A DNA stretch of 63,810 bases, counting the filler, from Globobulimina sp. (taxonomy: Eukaryota): assembly GCA_003354225.1 (NCBI GenBank). It is 48 parts of 48 records of this genome, joined end to end, with 100 filler letters (N's around TTAATTAATTAA, not from the genome) between each part and the next. Parts side by side here need not be neighbours in the genome. Positions count along the whole stretch, not along the records: positions 61,251 to 62,480 come from PIVH01020501.1; positions 62,581 to 63,810 come from PIVH01020502.1; 46 more parts are not named here. One strand, written 5' to 3'. Within the stretch, counting starts at the first letter, position 1. The number at the start of each line of letters is the position of its first letter. Under the pieces are notes generated by a model, which was not told the origin of the DNA, made no database searches, and saw only the letters and a program-made list of their open reading frames with translations. Shown in pieces: positions 61,251 to 63,810 of the stretch. The translations under genes and the position numbers were made by a program.

Positions 61251-61933
61251 GTATATTGCTCATTATTTGTCAATTCAAATATATGAATGTTATCATAATC
61301 ATCGTAGGCATCACCTCCGCCTGCAACAATTACAAATTTCCCATTTGATGTCAGTAATGTTGCTGCCCCATAACAAGGGCAGTTTAATAATTGTATATAT
61401 TCCATTTTTGTAAATGTTTTTGAGGTTAATGAATATATCCAAATCTGTGACAGTGACATTGCTTCAAAATTGTCATCGCCCATTAATAAAATCGCGTTTT
61501 TTGAAGGAATAAAAAATACAAAATCTGTATATGCAAAAAAATTCTCCGGGCAATCATTAATTTTCTGGAACGAATTAGCAATATAATTCCATGTCATATG
61601 TATCGGAGTTTCTTCATTTTCACATCCAAACAAGTGAACTTCAGAGTGTGTCTGTACTATGGTTTCATAACTAATGTCCAATGTGTCTGTATCAACTGTG
61701 CATGTGTTGAATTTATGTGTTTCTAAATCCATCAAAACTAATGTTTTCGTCAATGTGTTGGTGCTATTCCAAAGTAAGCGTAATTTTTGATGGAATTGGT
61801 TGAATACTAATTTATCATCAAAATGCAATCTAAAATGATTCCATTCATCGGAATGAACATTATATTTATATATATCAATTGAATCATTTTGAATGGAAGA
61901 GATAATTGCAAATTCATGATTGCTTATTTTCAT
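61251..61933 (-). CDS. Kelch-like propeller protein, 3' partial
   Basis: YKYNV-SDEW, VHLFG, ILLMG, VIVAGG. Confidence 0.75.
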
Positions 61934-62099
61934 TGTAAAAACAGAGAGAATTGCTTTTGGTGCAATATTAAGAGAATATCAATATTAATATATTCCATAT
62001 TTTCAAACCTGAGCAGAACATTTTGAGTGTGTATTCTTGTGTGTAATGTTTGAAGTGAAAAACTTCATCAACTCCCCCCTCCTTCTCCCTTGGGTTATA

Positions 62100-62480
62100 T
62101 ACAAGGCTGCAGCGTTTTCAAATTCTGGTTTGAAAAAGGATTTTCTTACTTTTCTGATTATTTTTCTGACTTAGAATGATTTTCTGATCACAGTTTCGTT
62201 TTTCTAATTTTGTACTAGAAAACGTCAGAAAACAGTCAGAAAATACTTTTCTGAGTTAGAAAAATAAACAGCCAAATTTTCTAATAGTTGTTTAATACTC
62301 AGAAAACTATTATGATATTAACAAATACTAATAAAACAGTCAGAAAATGATTAGAATTTGAAAATGATCATAAAACGTTAGAAAATAGTCATAAAAACAC
62401 TTTCGTCAGAAATCTTTTCTGATTTCAGAAAACGATCAGATAATGGTCAGAATACGTCAGTAAATCTTTTTATAAGTCAG
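62100..62480. repeat. Low-complexity array of TCAGAAAA/TTTTCTGA motifs, possibly a transposon subterminal region
   Basis: Motif recurs more than 10 times in both orientations. Confidence 0.5.
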
Positions 62481-62580
62481 NNNNNNNNNNNNNNNNNNNN
62501 NNNNNNNNNNNNNNNNNNNNNNNNTTAATTAATTAANNNNNNNNNNNNNNNNNNNNNNNNNNNNNNNNNNNNNNNNNNNN

Positions 62581-63526
62581 GTAACAATTCCTCATTAGTA
62601 TCACCCCCTTCATCTGTTTTTAAATCGACCACAGTTTTATTGATATCACTGATATCTTCTTTTATGTTTTCAAATATTTTATGAAAGCAATTTGTGGCGT
62701 CTTTGTATGCCAATTCCATATCAGTGCCACCGCCCGCTTTAATATTTAATATTTCTGTTTTTAGTTTATTTAAGTTAATATGTTTGATGCATTGTAATTT
62801 TTGGTATATTGTTGATTTATCATTAAATACAATCAAACTAAACCTATCGTCGTCATTTAATTGGGATAATAAGGTAATTACTGATTGGTTTGCAATGTCC
62901 ATTTTGGACATATGTTCGGTTGCAATTATATGTTCTAATCGTGTTTGTTCTTCGTTATTAACCACTGATTTATTACACATTGATTCAATATGTTCATTCA
63001 TAATATTATCCCATGCAATATATGAATTACTTCGTGACACAAATTTGTTACAAAGTGGACATTTTGGCGGCAAATCACGTTTTGTTTGGCTGTCGATATC
63101 ATTGTCGTCATCAAATCGTGCTTGCATAGAACCGCTATTATCCAAAACAATTACAAGATTTAATTTATTCCGTTCCATTTCATTTACATCAAAGTTTTCA
63201 TTTAAACCAACATTCATAAAATATTCATATTGTTCCTCATCATTATTCGTTTCTGGTTTGTTAATTGCATTGTTTTTGCTATTTAACGTTTCTGCGAATT
63301 GTAACGACTTTGGTTTCATCACTTTAGCAAAACAATATGTTGGTATTAATAATTGTTGTTGTTTTGTATAACTTTTCTCATCATCACCTTTAATATTTGT
63401 CAGTGTATCAAAATAATACTCGTTGAACATCCCTTCAAATGTTATATTTGATACATCCGGCAATGTATTACGTTTTAGTTTCTTCCGAAATGTATTCACA
63501 TCCATGGCTCCACCTAAATATTGCAT
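62581..63526 (-). CDS. vWA-domain protein with inserted C2HC zinc-finger-like segment, 3' partial
   Basis: GGAMDV-TFR...ITFEG-F-EYYFDT, LNLVIVLDNSGSM (MIDAS), DDRFSLIVF, GGGT; insert CPLC...EH...C. Confidence 0.85.
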
Positions 63527-63810
63527 CTCGATGAGAGTAAATGTTGCAAATAGAAAATTTAATTAACGTACTTGCACAGAATAACATAATTAATATTCAA
63601 GTAAAATCCTAAGCAGATACTATTTAATACGATTAATTACCTGTTGTTTTTTTGGGCATCATCCAAAAAAAGTTCAACCAACAATATTAATCTAATGAAT
63701 TAAGCATTCAAAAAAAAAACTTTTATAAAAATATGTTAATTAACTTTTTTTCTATAATTTTTTTTGTTTTTTTTTTTATTTTTTTTTTTTTTTTAATTGA
63801 TTTTTTTAAT

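Noticed and set aside
62694-63371. 225-aa plus-strand ORF and similar antisense ORFs throughout
   Set aside because: Shadows of well-supported genes on the opposite strand
63700-63810. T-rich end as a retroposon tail or telomere
   Set aside because: Irregular low-complexity sequence at a contig end with no repeat unit or associated element

Overview
This window is not a contiguous locus. It is a concatenation of 48 unrelated short contigs, sorted by length (1233 down to 1230 bp) and joined by 47 identical artificial 100-nt linkers (N44-TTAATTAATTAA-N44, stops in all six frames), so neighbourhood is meaningful only within a contig. Most contigs come from an AT-rich, gene-dense eukaryote with short (about 55-200 nt) GT-AG introns and TAA/TAG/TGA stops. 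The gene repertoire (many kelch, ankyrin, beta-helix and multi-TM orphans) suggests a protist, possibly a foraminiferan or other rhizarian; that is inference only. Recognisable genes include fibrillarin, RPC34, clathrin light chain, FBPase, NADP-GDH, adenylate kinase, RPE, Hv1, a ZIP transporter, FAR, an acyltransferase, a CAMK, a PPR protein, a PL7 lyase and a MACPF-EGF-P2 (perforin-2-like) protein. Mobile DNA is diverse: Penelope-like RT, LINE endonuclease, Helitron, LTR gag, a Tc1/mariner MITE and a foldback element. One contig and one contig fragment look bacterial, and one contig looks like giant-virus DNA (egghead-like mannosyltransferase next to an Rpb5 start). The most unusual structure is a eukaryotic tRNA-Sec gene lying 12 nt downstream of an interrupted 226-nt tRNA-Cys(GCA)-like gene that carries a compensatory A19-U56 tertiary pair.
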